Source: Candidatus Altiarchaeota archaeon
Lineage (GTDB): Archaea; Altiarchaeota; Altiarchaeia; IMC4; SCGC-AAA252-I15
Assembly: GCA_043813075.1 (NCBI GenBank)
Contig: JBDRLL010000010.1
Coordinates: 1-64,000, forward strand
Direction of reading: 5' to 3'
DNA: 64,000 nt
This document shows, one piece after another, positions 19,069 through 28,638 of the stretch. Made by a program: the position numbers and the translations under genes. The notes beneath the pieces were generated by a model. That model did no database searches. It was not told where the DNA came from and saw nothing but the letters and a program-made list of their open reading frames with translations. The first letter of the stretch is position 1; the number at the start of each line of letters is the position of its first letter.

Positions 19069-20733
19069 ATGGATGAATCCCAGAAAGACTGGCGGGTGAC
19101 TCTCTTGCTCGTAGCGTCAGTCGCCGTAGCACTCCTCCTCAGAATCCCTAACCTTTCCTCAACACCCCACTGGTACTGGGATGAGGGCTACAACATGAAC
19201 TACGGGTGGAACCTCTCCCACCTTCGGATACAATGGTTCTCCATAAAATACACCTTCATACCCCACCCACCGCTATACTTCGCGGTTCTCGCGGCAATGA
19301 TAAAGACATTCGGATACTCCCTCTACGCCGCCAGACTCCTCAACGTGCTATACTCCATAATAACCCTGCTCCTAATCTACCTGACGGCGTCAGAGGTGGC
19401 AGACCGTAGGACAGGGGCAATCGCATCCATGCTATACGCAATATACCCTGCGGCAGCATACTGGTCGCGGACAGCCATGATAAACAACCAGTTCTCCCTT
19501 CTTGCAATGTTGTCGCTATACTCGCTGATAGCCTACGCTAGGAAAGGCGGGAGATGGTGGATGCTGTCGTGCGCGAGCGCGGTAGCCGCCACGCTCACAG
19601 CCTACATGGGACTGTCGATAGTGGCCGCCCTACTCCTCTACATGCTGGTCCGCGAGCCGGTGAAGATGAGGAAGGCGTCATTAATACTCGTCACCCCCCT
19701 ACTGTTGTTCACAGCATCCATGCTATTGATACGTGGCAGCTACTTCACCGAGGACATGGCCTACCAGCTAAACCGCTTCCACCTGCTTAGCATAAAAAAA
19801 CTGGCGGCCATACCCGTCCTAATCCTGTTTGCCGCCAACTACAGGAGGCTGAAGCCATTCCTAACCAACCTATTCGACTCTGAAGTCGAGTTGATGTTCG
19901 ACAGCAGGGAATACTTCAATGAAGTATTCGTCCCATCCTGCCTGCTCGCCATAAACTTCCTCCTCGCATACAAGCTGGTGACACCATTCTCAGACGACTC
20001 AGTCTTCTCGGGGGGAGACTACTTCTGGCTTGGAATCATAGGCCTGCTCTTCATAGGCAGGTTCCGGGTTCACGTCGTACTCCTCTACTTCCTACCCCTG
20101 TTCATAACCACAATACTATTGGGGAGGTCAGACCACATGCTCATGCAATTGTATCCATTCTTCGCCATCGGCATAGCAGTACTCCTCGTGGAATACCAGA
20201 AATTCCTGTCCCGAATACTCTCCAAGTGGAATATACCCTCTCCAGCATACGTTTCAATCCTGCTCCTGGCCTCTCCCTTCGCGTTCACGGCATACCATGA
20301 CGCGTCAGCATTCATCATCGGCGGCGTGTTGAGGGAGGAGGACGTTTCTTCCGCGTTCTCGGCGGCAGGATACGTGAATTCAATCGCCGGTGATGAAGAC
20401 CTTGTGCTTACCACAAGCAACCTGGCGGGCATGATAAACGCGAAAACCAACATAATAACCCAAGCATTCGTCTACGAGGGCCGTGGGATAGCATACTACC
20501 GGGCCAACATGACCTCCGACTGGTTCGCATACAACACGTCCATAGACCGGGCGTCATATGTTGTAGTGCCTAAGGGGTCTCTCGAATGGTTTGAGGAGCT
20601 GGGTTACGATGACTTGTACTCCAAGATAGACGGATGGCCTAGGATATACGAAAACCGGATCTACATGGTCTACGCGAACCCGGTTTCACACGATCCAACC
20701 GCTCCAGAAGACAAGCCAAGTCCAAAACACTAG
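19069..20733 (+). CDS. ArnT/PMT-like membrane glycosyltransferase
   Basis: WYWDEG, HPPLY and ARLL motifs; multi-TM. Confidence 0.8.
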   Translation: MDESQKDWRVTLLLVASVAVALLLRIPNLSSTPHWYWDEGYNMNYGWNLSHLRIQWFSIKYTFIPHPPLYFAVLAAMIKTFGYSLYAARLLNVLYSIITLLLIYLTASEVADRRTGAIASMLYAIYPAAAYWSRTAMINNQFSLLAMLSLYSLIAYARKGGRWWMLSCASAVAATLTAYMGLSIVAALLLYMLVREPVKMRKASLILVTPLLLFTASMLLIRGSYFTEDMAYQLNRFHLLSIKKLAAIPVLILFAANYRRLKPFLTNLFDSEVELMFDSREYFNEVFVPSCLLAINFLLAYKLVTPFSDDSVFSGGDYFWLGIIGLLFIGRFRVHVVLLYFLPLFITTILLGRSDHMLMQLYPFFAIGIAVLLVEYQKFLSRILSKWNIPSPAYVSILLLASPFAFTAYHDASAFIIGGVLREEDVSSAFSAAGYVNSIAGDEDLVLTTSNLAGMINAKTNIITQAFVYEGRGIAYYRANMTSDWFAYNTSIDRASYVVVPKGSLEWFEELGYDDLYSKIDGWPRIYENRIYMVYANPVSHDPTAPEDKPSPKH

Positions 20734-20844
20734 GAATAGGATTAAACCTATGAAAAGCATGATGTCCTTCTGGTTGATGTCTTCCCTAAGCTCTATCTCC
20801 ATTTCGCATAAACCTATTGGTCCTTCTTTTTAATAAATAATCCC

Positions 20845-20859
20845 GTATACTTATATACA
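20845..20859. promoter_or_regulatory. GTATAC-nn-ATATACA motif, copy 1 (overlaps the TATA-like box of the small regulator gene)
   Basis: gtatacttatataca, ending about 22 bp upstream of ATG 20882. The same motif recurs at 21203-21217. Confidence 0.45.
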
Positions 20860-20881
20860 CATTCTGACAGGTGTCTGACTC

Positions 20882-21160
20882 ATGCGTCCAAGAAAGAAGA
20901 ATAAGGTGGAGTACACCACCCAGCGGGTGGATGTGGAGACCCTGGCTAGGATAAAGAAGATCAGTTTCCATCTTGCCAAGCAGGGCGTCCGCATCAGCCA
21001 GAGCGACATAATCAAGTACGCCCTAATGTTCTCAGTCTGCAAGGAGGCGGAATTACTAGACTTCATCATACGCGGCGAAGCGAAGGAGCCTGAAGGAGCT
21101 TTCGACACACTAGTCAGCATAACAGGAAAACCCTGGTTCCCGTACGGGAATCTGATATGA
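20882..21160 (+). CDS. Small basic protein, probable ribbon-helix-helix DNA-binding regulator
   Basis: YTTQRVD strand followed by two helices (…ISQSDIIKYAL); 92 aa; lies directly upstream of the pilin gene. Confidence 0.55.
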   Translation: MRPRKKNKVEYTTQRVDVETLARIKKISFHLAKQGVRISQSDIIKYALMFSVCKEAELLDFIIRGEAKEPEGAFDTLVSITGKPWFPYGNLI

Positions 21161-21202
21161 TTCTGGCTTAAAAAGACCTAAAGACAATAAAAACGAGTTT
21201 TT

Positions 21203-21217
21203 GTATACAAATATACA
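21203..21217. promoter_or_regulatory. GTATAC-nn-ATATACA motif, copy 2, upstream of pilin gene
   Basis: gtatacaaatataca, overlapping the palindrome tttgtatacaaa. An SD-like GAGGTGA lies at 21273-21279. Confidence 0.45.
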
Positions 21218-21285
21218 AACTGTTTTTATTTTTATAGTAGTCTGCCCCATAATCATTCAAAACCTATAAAACGAGGTGAACAACT

Positions 21286-21633
21286 ATGAATAGGAAAATA
21301 AGTATGTTTGCTGTTTTGGCCTTGGTTGCCTTAACGCTAGCAGGAACAGTTACCGCAGCAATATCAGCGGCAACAGGAATGATAAGCGCAAGGTCAGCCA
21401 TATGTACAATACTAGCGAACATTAGGATGCTACTGAGCTTTATCGCAGCAGCAGTAGCCGCAGTAGTTATTACACTACAGGGTATTAAGTGGGCCGGCTC
21501 AGCCGAAGACCCAGGAGCTAGAAAACAGGCGAAGCAGGGCATAATCCACGCGATAGTCGGTCTAGTCATAGTACTGGCTGCAGTATGGATTGTTACCATG
21601 ATCTTCACTGGAGACCAGTGCGACGACCTTTAA
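21286..21633 (+). CDS. VirB2/TrbC-like pilin (probable major pilin)
   Basis: Signal peptide, then two hydrophobic helices flanking GIKW-x5-DPGARKQAKQGIIHAIVGL; strong SD; own terminator. Confidence 0.75.
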   Translation: MNRKISMFAVLALVALTLAGTVTAAISAATGMISARSAICTILANIRMLLSFIAAAVAAVVITLQGIKWAGSAEDPGARKQAKQGIIHAIVGLVIVLAAVWIVTMIFTGDQCDDL

Positions 21634-21640
21634 AGCCTGA

Positions 21641-21695
21641 TTTTTTAGAGGGGATATAATCCCCTTTAATTCTTCTTTTTTCCCTTATTCTTTCA
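21641..21695 (+). terminator. Putative terminator after pilin gene
   Basis: T6 run, hairpin AGGGGAT-ATA-ATCCCCT (21649-21665), then a long T-rich tract. Confidence 0.6.
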
Positions 21696-21774
21696 TATAT
21701 ATTTAAGATTCAACCATAGCTTAATACTTATCCTCCAACAGCGAATATGCGTTTCCCCGCAACTTTCGCTAACC

Positions 21775-24700
21775 ATGGTTCAGGCGAGAATGGTGGAATC
21801 AAAACACAATACGAAATCGAAGAAAAAGCTGAAATCAATCATACTCGTCACGCTAACGCTCACGCTAATCCTCTCCATCACCGGCGGCATACGCAGGTCA
21901 ATAGCGCCTACCGGCGGATTCTTCCACACCCTCGCGGACGAGACCGCGTCATGCATGAAGGCGTCGACCGTGCAGCCCAACAGCTGGCCGTGGGGTCTTC
22001 GCTGGCTTGGATGGGGCGTTGAGGGGGTGGTTAAGGTCACTATGGCAGGCCCCTGCGTGATATGGGGTACTGCGGTCGCAGGCCTGGAGGCGATAGTCAA
22101 GTTCATACTCAGCATCACTCTCGCGATATTCATCGGCCTGATGAAACTGGCGATGCTGTACTTCACTTCAACATACCTCTCGCACATAGGGGCAAGCCTG
22201 TTGATAAACGTGTCCGGCCCTACGGGACTGGCTTCTAACGCGGCATACGACAACATACTCTCGACAATGCTTTTGATACTATGGCCATTCTACATGATAC
22301 AGATAGTGTACGTCGGCGGCTACCTGATATTCGCGGCCATCGACCCTGGACAGAGGGCTGGAGCCAAGAAGAGGCTTCAGAACCTCATACTAAGCCTCGT
22401 GTTGGCCGGCCTCTCCAAGCCAATCTACCTGATGCTAGTCGACATATCCAACGGCCTTATAACAGAGTTCGAGGCCATGTCCGGTTCAATAATACCCTCA
22501 TCCTGCGGCACCAGCTATAACATGCTTGCCGGAATGACGACGATCATACTCGCGAAGAGCATAAGCTGGTGGGTGATAGTCCTAGTCACAGTCTTCGTGT
22601 TGGGCGTGTCACTGCTCGTCGCCATGAGGTATGCTTTGGTGATACTATTCTACCTACTGTTCCCTGCCACAATCTTCCTATACTTCTTCGACTTCACGAG
22701 ACAGCTGGGCGGCGACTTGTTTGCCAGGACCATAATGTGGCTGTTCACCGGGCCGGTCATGGCATTGATGGTGCTGATGACAATGTCCCTGATATACGCC
22801 AACATGATGAACATATCCTGCAGCGGCGGCTCGGTCACTAGCGTCGGCAGCATGAAGGCCAGCCTAAGCAGCGACATATTCAGCGCCCCGGACGGCGAGG
22901 GAATAGACCTGCCCTCCGGCGGGAAACCCGGAGACATGAAGGTCATAGGAGACGACGGCAAAGTCGAGTTCAAGGGATCATTCCCCAAGTTCGAGGATGA
23001 CTTGAGCACTGACACTCTTGCTGTGCAGGAATTCCTGAGGAACTTCACAGGCCTCATAATGATTCTCGCATGCTTCAGCGGAATATTACTCGTCCCCATG
23101 TTCATGACCGCGTTGATGAAGTGGGTTGGCGGCGCTATCGCCGCGTCCGGCATGTACGGGCTCGCCCAGGGCGGACCCACCGTCGAGCGGTGGAAGAATT
23201 TCGGCCGTGTCGCAGTGGGCGGCGCGATGATGGGCCAGGGCACAAGGGGTATAGTCTCAGCAGCAACCCAGGCTTCCTGGATGATGTCAGACGGCCCTGC
23301 GCGCGGCGGCGGCCTGTTCCCAAGCCTGTCGGGCAGTCATTCAGGCGGAGGCAAGGCTGCCGGCGGAGGTGGCGGCATATCCTCGTCCACAAGGTCTGGC
23401 GTATTCGCCAGCATGGTCAACCGGTTCTTCGGTCCAGGTTATTCAGACTCCTCTTCAGGCGGCGCTGCAGGCGGAGCAGGCGGTGCTGGTGGTGCTGCAG
23501 GCGGTGCTGGTGGTGCTGCTGGTGGTGCTGGTGGTACTGCTGGCGGTGGCAGGTCTTCCGGAGGATTCCTTGGCCTCGGTAATCTTGCGGGCGTTTTCTC
23601 GAGCGACTTCAAGAACGCGGAGGAGGCTGCCCACGAGTGGTCTGGCATGAGCAAGGGCGCTCCCATCTCTTCTCCAGGCATAATGAGCGCTGGCGGAGCA
23701 GGCTCCGGAATCTATCATGTTGATGACAGTAGGGTTCAGTCCAAGCTTGGCGGCGGTCCTCCGAGCACCGGCACACAGCAGCCTGGGATGTATCCCTACA
23801 CTCCTGACGGAAGCTCTAAGATGGGTGAAGGCGGCTCCGGATACCAGGACCAGTTCGTGGAGATGGATACCGAACAGACACTCAGAAACAGGAAGTCTGC
23901 TGAGAACTTTTTCGGCACCTTCGTCCCGCAGCCTGACATGGGCGGCAGGGTTACCCACGGCGTGGAAGGCTCCATGACAATGGGCCGCGGACTAGTCAAC
24001 CTCTTCATGGGCGGCGTGGTCAGGCCGTTGTCCGGGCGTGAGGGCGCCAGCCTCAGGGCGGCCGCCATGTCGGATTTCGGCCACGGGCTCGCCAAGGTAT
24101 TCTACTCCATCCGTCCCCTCAGCTTCCTTATGCCTGTGAGGGCTGCGGGCAGGATGCTGTTCGGCATAACCCCGGAGATTCTGCCCCCGATGTTCCAGCC
24201 TTACGGCTACTGGCTTGGCCGTCATATGGCGAGCCTGAGCCTGCGGCAGCTGGGGAGGAGGAGCATGTGGAAGGCCGGCTTGCTGGCCGAACGTAGCAGG
24301 TTCGAGGGTTTGAGCGACCAGATACGGGAGGCGGAGTCGAAGGGCGACTTCACCAGGGCCGAGCAATTGCGGGAGCAGCGGGACGCTGTCGGCGACCGGA
24401 TAGCCAACACCCTCGAACGAATCGGCTACGGCAGCGAGTCCGGCATGTTCGTGGGCGAGAACGTGAGGGACTGGAACTTCTACCGCAGGCAGATGGACAT
24501 ACTACGCCAATACAATCCGGAACTATACTCGCACATAATGCGGAACTCGCGTTATTCCATGAATGAGTTCGGGGATAAGGACAACTTATTTTCAAAGAAG
24601 GATAAGACCGCGAAATACTCGGACATAGAGAAGGGAATCAGGGGTAACGAGGATTTGACTCGGCTGGCTGCAATAGACTCGGAGCTGGATAATCCTAACC

Positions 24701-27700
24701 TAGATGCTGCGGATAAACAAAGACTTGAAGCCGAGAAAAAGGCTTTGGAGAAGAAGTATCATGAAGATGATAAGGTTGGGAGGCTTGTCGCGCAGACTGC
24801 TGAGCGTATCGCGTTGAGGGATGGGCGTGAAGTGAAGGACGTCCTGAAGGAACTCCGGGCTGGTCTAACCACCAAAGACGTTGCCGCCCACTCCCGTGCG
24901 ATGTCTGCAGTCGGCATGACCCTGATGATGCAGGACATGGGTTTGAAGGAGACCGTCGACCAGGCCCACTTCGAACGCTCCTTCGGCAGCGACATACTGT
25001 CAGCGAACACCATCACCAACACCTCATTCAGCGCGTACGGCGACAGGGGGCCCACCAGCATTTCGGCCGCAAACTACGGCGAATACTTTGACGCTAACGG
25101 GGCTGCCAGGCAGACGGTTTACTCTTTCGACCCGAACACGGGAGCCAAGGTTAAGATACTTGGCGGCACACTGAACGCGGACGGTACTTTGACTCTCACT
25201 CTCGACGGCTTCAAGGCCCGGAGGTACCATGAGCTGAAGGAAGCCTACCTCGGGGCTGCCGGCAGCAACGAATACCTCTTCCACAAGGAACTATACGAAG
25301 TATTGCTGAACGCCGGCTACAGTCGGGCTGAGGCGTTGGCCCGCTGCAAGTCCGTGAACATACACATGCAGAGGGACGGTGAAGGCCGCCGGTATGTGGA
25401 CAGCACGCGCCTGGGTTATGTGGTCGCCATCCGCGAGTGGGAGGGCGGGCTGGCTGAGGACCGGGGCGGCGACAGGAACCTGGACTCAATGGGCGCGGGC
25501 TTGAAGGGGGAGTCCACCAGCGAATTCATGGACCGGGTTAAGCGCGGTGAAGTCACCGACGAGGAAGTGAGGCTCATAGGAGAACTCCATGCCGGCAGGA
25601 GTGTCGCGGACATTGAGGCTGACATAGACCGGATAGCGGAAGCCCAGGTCGACGCTGAGCAGGCTAGGCGGCTGGCTGACACGACCGGGAAATCCATTGA
25701 CGAAGCGAAAGAGGAGTTGAAGAAGCGGAATGCCGCGGCCCTAAAGCAGACCCTGCAGGTCGTGCAAGGCATGGAGGTGGCGGCAGCGAAGAGGGCTGCC
25801 AACGACGTCATCACAGAGCAGGAGAAGCAGGGCCTGCTCACGCGGGAGCAGGCTGAGGCTGCCAGGTCCGACGTCGACCAGAAGAGGGGGCAGTATGTGG
25901 ACCAGTTGGCGCAGCTTCAATCCAGGATGAGGGAGAACGCGGCGGAATACGTCGCCTCGCTGGGCGCCTATAATGGCATGGACTTCAGGTTCCGCAGCCT
26001 ACATGTTCCAGGCAGCGTGGAGGAGTCAGACCTGGAGGAGCGCAGTTTCTCGCAGGAGATATCCCGCGCCGGCGGAAGGGTCACCGGATTCGCGATACAC
26101 CAGATGACCGAGGACGAGACGCCGAGAGAAGGCCAGGCGGTAAGCCACCGTGGCCAGAACGTCCAGCTGCTGGGCAACGCAGCCCACATAATCGAGGGCC
26201 AGCGGATGATCATCGTGGAGACGGAGTTCAACAGGACCGCCAGCCAGCACACTATATACGATTCCCGCGGCAACGCCATAGCGCTCACTGCAGCCAACAT
26301 GGACGACATAATCCGGAGGGCGCGGGGCGGCGCGGAATTCAGCGTCATGGACCATGAGGGCAGGCGCACCCGCATAAAAGACATTGCCGCAGACTCTTCA
26401 GGGAATGTGACATTAAGCTACGACAAATACTACCACCTCGGCCAATGGCGGCTCAGGGGCGCGGGCCACGGCCACACCGTCGAGGTGGTGGCTTCACCAG
26501 ACCTGTTGGGGAGGGAGGATGTTAAGTCCTCTGGGTATGATGCTTCAAGGAGGCATAGCAAGCTTGCTGTCGGCCACTATACTATTGAGCGCCTGTCCCA
26601 TAACGAGGAACTGGTTGCTGACGCTAACAGGCGTTACGACGAGGATGCGGGCTTGAGGAGCGTGCTGGAGAAGCAGGCTGAGGAGAGGTATACTGCATTA
26701 TACGGTGACGGGTGGGGTGCGCTTGCTCCCGAGCGCAAGGAGGCTTTTGTGCGGAGGGAGTTCATACTCCATGAGATGAGCATAGTCCGCACGCAAATGC
26801 ACGTTAATCCCGGGCAGGTGCACGAGATGATTACCCGGCACGGGTATACATCAGAGCAGATAAACGACATGCTATGGCACGCGTGGAAGGCGAACGAGGG
26901 CTTCAACAACAGCCACTGGAGGCGGGCTATACGCGCGCACCTCAAGGAACGCGGACAGCTGTCACCCGACGAGGACACCGCCGGACAGCAGGTGGAGGAC
27001 CAGCTGAAGGCCTACCGTTCTGGCGGCGACATGGACCGGTCTCTGAGGGAGCGTCTGGATCGGGAGGGCGTGCGCATCAACAGCGTCACCCTCGAGCACA
27101 ATCCGGGCGACGACAGCCCAGCGAGGGTGATAGTCGACGGCTTGGGTGCCAACATAAAGGTGAACATGGGGTACGCGGACCGGATTGCTGAGGAGCATGT
27201 CATCACAGACCTGTCCCACCACATCATGCGGGACCAGGCGATGGAGGAGATATACGGTGCCACAGGATTGGACAGGAGTGTGGAAGCCGACGTAGAGCAG
27301 GCCGAGCAGTTGTGGTCCGAGTACGTTTCCGGCCGCATGCAGAGGTCTGATATTGCGGAGGAGCAGCGGTTGGCTGAACGCCTCGCGCAAGTCAGCGTGC
27401 CCGCGAGGGAGGAGGCTGAGCGGGTGTACGACAACTATCAGACTGGCATGATGAACTACGACGACCCCCGTCAGCTGGAGCAGGCGCACGTGATAAGACA
27501 GCTTGAAGACCACCATTCCGCATCATCCATGCAGGAGTTCAGTGAGGGCCTCAGGCACGACTACCTGTCCCACGAGTTCCGCCACTCCTACGTGCGGAGG
27601 AAGATGTCTGATGTGCGGCAGAACCTACTGCACAATGAGAGCAAGCCCGACATAGACGGGCCCACCATAAGCGAGCACTATGACAGCCTCACTTCGTCCA

Positions 27701-28152
27701 TGGGCGGCGACCTGGTCGACAGGTATGTGGAGGAGTTCGCAGCCGACTTGAGGAGTCCTGAAGAGCATCCAGTCCACGGTCCTGGGAAGACCGCGTACGG
27801 TGAAGACGTTGAAAAACAGTTGGACGCCAGGCAGAGGGTGCGTCAGGACGTCCTGGACTCAAATACGACAAGCGGGGTTCAGGGCAGGGCGGACATACTC
27901 AACAAGGCCCGTTTCGCGGTGGAGGAGGAGATGGCTGTCGACATGAGCAGGCTGGGCCGCACAGGCTATGAGGAATATCCGGAACGCCAGGTGGGGAACG
28001 CGTCATACCAGCCGGGGGCTGACCACACGTCCTTCGACAGCCTGGTCGAATCGTCTCTCGGGCCTGACAGTCCGGAGTACGTGCAGTACCATTCATTCAA
28101 GAGGATACTGCACAGCATAGGAAGCCAGGTCACCGAAGGGCATCTACTATAA
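21775..28152 (+). CDS. Giant (2125 aa) protein: N-terminal VirB6/TrbL-like membrane domain, Gly-rich linker, large soluble region with HEXXH motif
   Basis: TM-rich first ~480 aa aligns by eye with 28625..30937; GGAGGAA linker; coiled-coil stretches; HEFRH at 27571-27585. Confidence 0.65.
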   Translation: MVQARMVESKHNTKSKKKLKSIILVTLTLTLILSITGGIRRSIAPTGGFFHTLADETASCMKASTVQPNSWPWGLRWLGWGVEGVVKVTMAGPCVIWGTAVAGLEAIVKFILSITLAIFIGLMKLAMLYFTSTYLSHIGASLLINVSGPTGLASNAAYDNILSTMLLILWPFYMIQIVYVGGYLIFAAIDPGQRAGAKKRLQNLILSLVLAGLSKPIYLMLVDISNGLITEFEAMSGSIIPSSCGTSYNMLAGMTTIILAKSISWWVIVLVTVFVLGVSLLVAMRYALVILFYLLFPATIFLYFFDFTRQLGGDLFARTIMWLFTGPVMALMVLMTMSLIYANMMNISCSGGSVTSVGSMKASLSSDIFSAPDGEGIDLPSGGKPGDMKVIGDDGKVEFKGSFPKFEDDLSTDTLAVQEFLRNFTGLIMILACFSGILLVPMFMTALMKWVGGAIAASGMYGLAQGGPTVERWKNFGRVAVGGAMMGQGTRGIVSAATQASWMMSDGPARGGGLFPSLSGSHSGGGKAAGGGGGISSSTRSGVFASMVNRFFGPGYSDSSSGGAAGGAGGAGGAAGGAGGAAGGAGGTAGGGRSSGGFLGLGNLAGVFSSDFKNAEEAAHEWSGMSKGAPISSPGIMSAGGAGSGIYHVDDSRVQSKLGGGPPSTGTQQPGMYPYTPDGSSKMGEGGSGYQDQFVEMDTEQTLRNRKSAENFFGTFVPQPDMGGRVTHGVEGSMTMGRGLVNLFMGGVVRPLSGREGASLRAAAMSDFGHGLAKVFYSIRPLSFLMPVRAAGRMLFGITPEILPPMFQPYGYWLGRHMASLSLRQLGRRSMWKAGLLAERSRFEGLSDQIREAESKGDFTRAEQLREQRDAVGDRIANTLERIGYGSESGMFVGENVRDWNFYRRQMDILRQYNPELYSHIMRNSRYSMNEFGDKDNLFSKKDKTAKYSDIEKGIRGNEDLTRLAAIDSELDNPNLDAADKQRLEAEKKALEKKYHEDDKVGRLVAQTAERIALRDGREVKDVLKELRAGLTTKDVAAHSRAMSAVGMTLMMQDMGLKETVDQAHFERSFGSDILSANTITNTSFSAYGDRGPTSISAANYGEYFDANGAARQTVYSFDPNTGAKVKILGGTLNADGTLTLTLDGFKARRYHELKEAYLGAAGSNEYLFHKELYEVLLNAGYSRAEALARCKSVNIHMQRDGEGRRYVDSTRLGYVVAIREWEGGLAEDRGGDRNLDSMGAGLKGESTSEFMDRVKRGEVTDEEVRLIGELHAGRSVADIEADIDRIAEAQVDAEQARRLADTTGKSIDEAKEELKKRNAAALKQTLQVVQGMEVAAAKRAANDVITEQEKQGLLTREQAEAARSDVDQKRGQYVDQLAQLQSRMRENAAEYVASLGAYNGMDFRFRSLHVPGSVEESDLEERSFSQEISRAGGRVTGFAIHQMTEDETPREGQAVSHRGQNVQLLGNAAHIIEGQRMIIVETEFNRTASQHTIYDSRGNAIALTAANMDDIIRRARGGAEFSVMDHEGRRTRIKDIAADSSGNVTLSYDKYYHLGQWRLRGAGHGHTVEVVASPDLLGREDVKSSGYDASRRHSKLAVGHYTIERLSHNEELVADANRRYDEDAGLRSVLEKQAEERYTALYGDGWGALAPERKEAFVRREFILHEMSIVRTQMHVNPGQVHEMITRHGYTSEQINDMLWHAWKANEGFNNSHWRRAIRAHLKERGQLSPDEDTAGQQVEDQLKAYRSGGDMDRSLRERLDREGVRINSVTLEHNPGDDSPARVIVDGLGANIKVNMGYADRIAEEHVITDLSHHIMRDQAMEEIYGATGLDRSVEADVEQAEQLWSEYVSGRMQRSDIAEEQRLAERLAQVSVPAREEAERVYDNYQTGMMNYDDPRQLEQAHVIRQLEDHHSASSMQEFSEGLRHDYLSHEFRHSYVRRKMSDVRQNLLHNESKPDIDGPTISEHYDSLTSSMGGDLVDRYVEEFAADLRSPEEHPVHGPGKTAYGEDVEKQLDARQRVRQDVLDSNTTSGVQGRADILNKARFAVEEEMAVDMSRLGRTGYEEYPERQVGNASYQPGADHTSFDSLVESSLGPDSPEYVQYHSFKRILHSIGSQVTEGHLL
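23479..23541 (+). repeat. 3 x 21-bp tandem repeat encoding GGAGG[AT]A linker
   Basis: ggcggtgctggtggtgctgca / ggcggtgctggtggtgctgct / ggtggtgctggtggtactgct. Confidence 0.85.
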
Positions 28153-28167
28153 CTTGATGGAAAAAAA

Positions 28168-28638
28168 ATGAGTGAAGAAGACGGGGTGAAGGGCCTCAGC
28201 GAGGAGGACATAATAGAGTACTACGTGCAGTCCCACCTGGAGGACCGTGAGCTCATGGAGGACGACTCCAAGGACGCTTTCACCAGGATGATTGTGGAAC
28301 ACTTGTACGGCGGCGTCACTCTGTCGCTGCCGATGGTCGACTGGAACCGGCTGTTCAGCGAGAACAAGTGTCCGGTGTGCGGTGACATGATGAGTCTCAC
28401 AGGAGAGGAATACTTGTGCGGCAAATGCGATTTTCACGTGCCCGCGAAGCTGTACGACAAGGCGAAGAACCGGCATGAACGTGAGATGGGGTTGATGAGG
28501 AAGAGGCGCGAGTTCTCAGGGAAGTTGGGTGAAGCCAAGTTGTCCCACGAGAAGATGATGTCCCTGTACGTTAGGGCGTCTTCCATAGCGTCCTCCAGAA
28601 AACCGATAATGGAGAAGAAAAAGGATGGGCAGGACTAA
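28168..28638 (+). CDS. Zinc-ribbon protein
   Basis: CPVC-x11-CGKC motif; operonic spacing with both neighbours. Confidence 0.7.
   Translation: MSEEDGVKGLSEEDIIEYYVQSHLEDRELMEDDSKDAFTRMIVEHLYGGVTLSLPMVDWNRLFSENKCPVCGDMMSLTGEEYLCGKCDFHVPAKLYDKAKNRHEREMGLMRKRREFSGKLGEAKLSHEKMMSLYVRASSIASSRKPIMEKKKDGQD

Noticed and set aside
21286-21633. Type IV pilin/archaellin (class III signal peptide)
   Set aside because: There is no K/R-G cleavage motif followed by a single hydrophobic helix. The two-helix hairpin and the VirB4 context fit VirB2/TrbC better.
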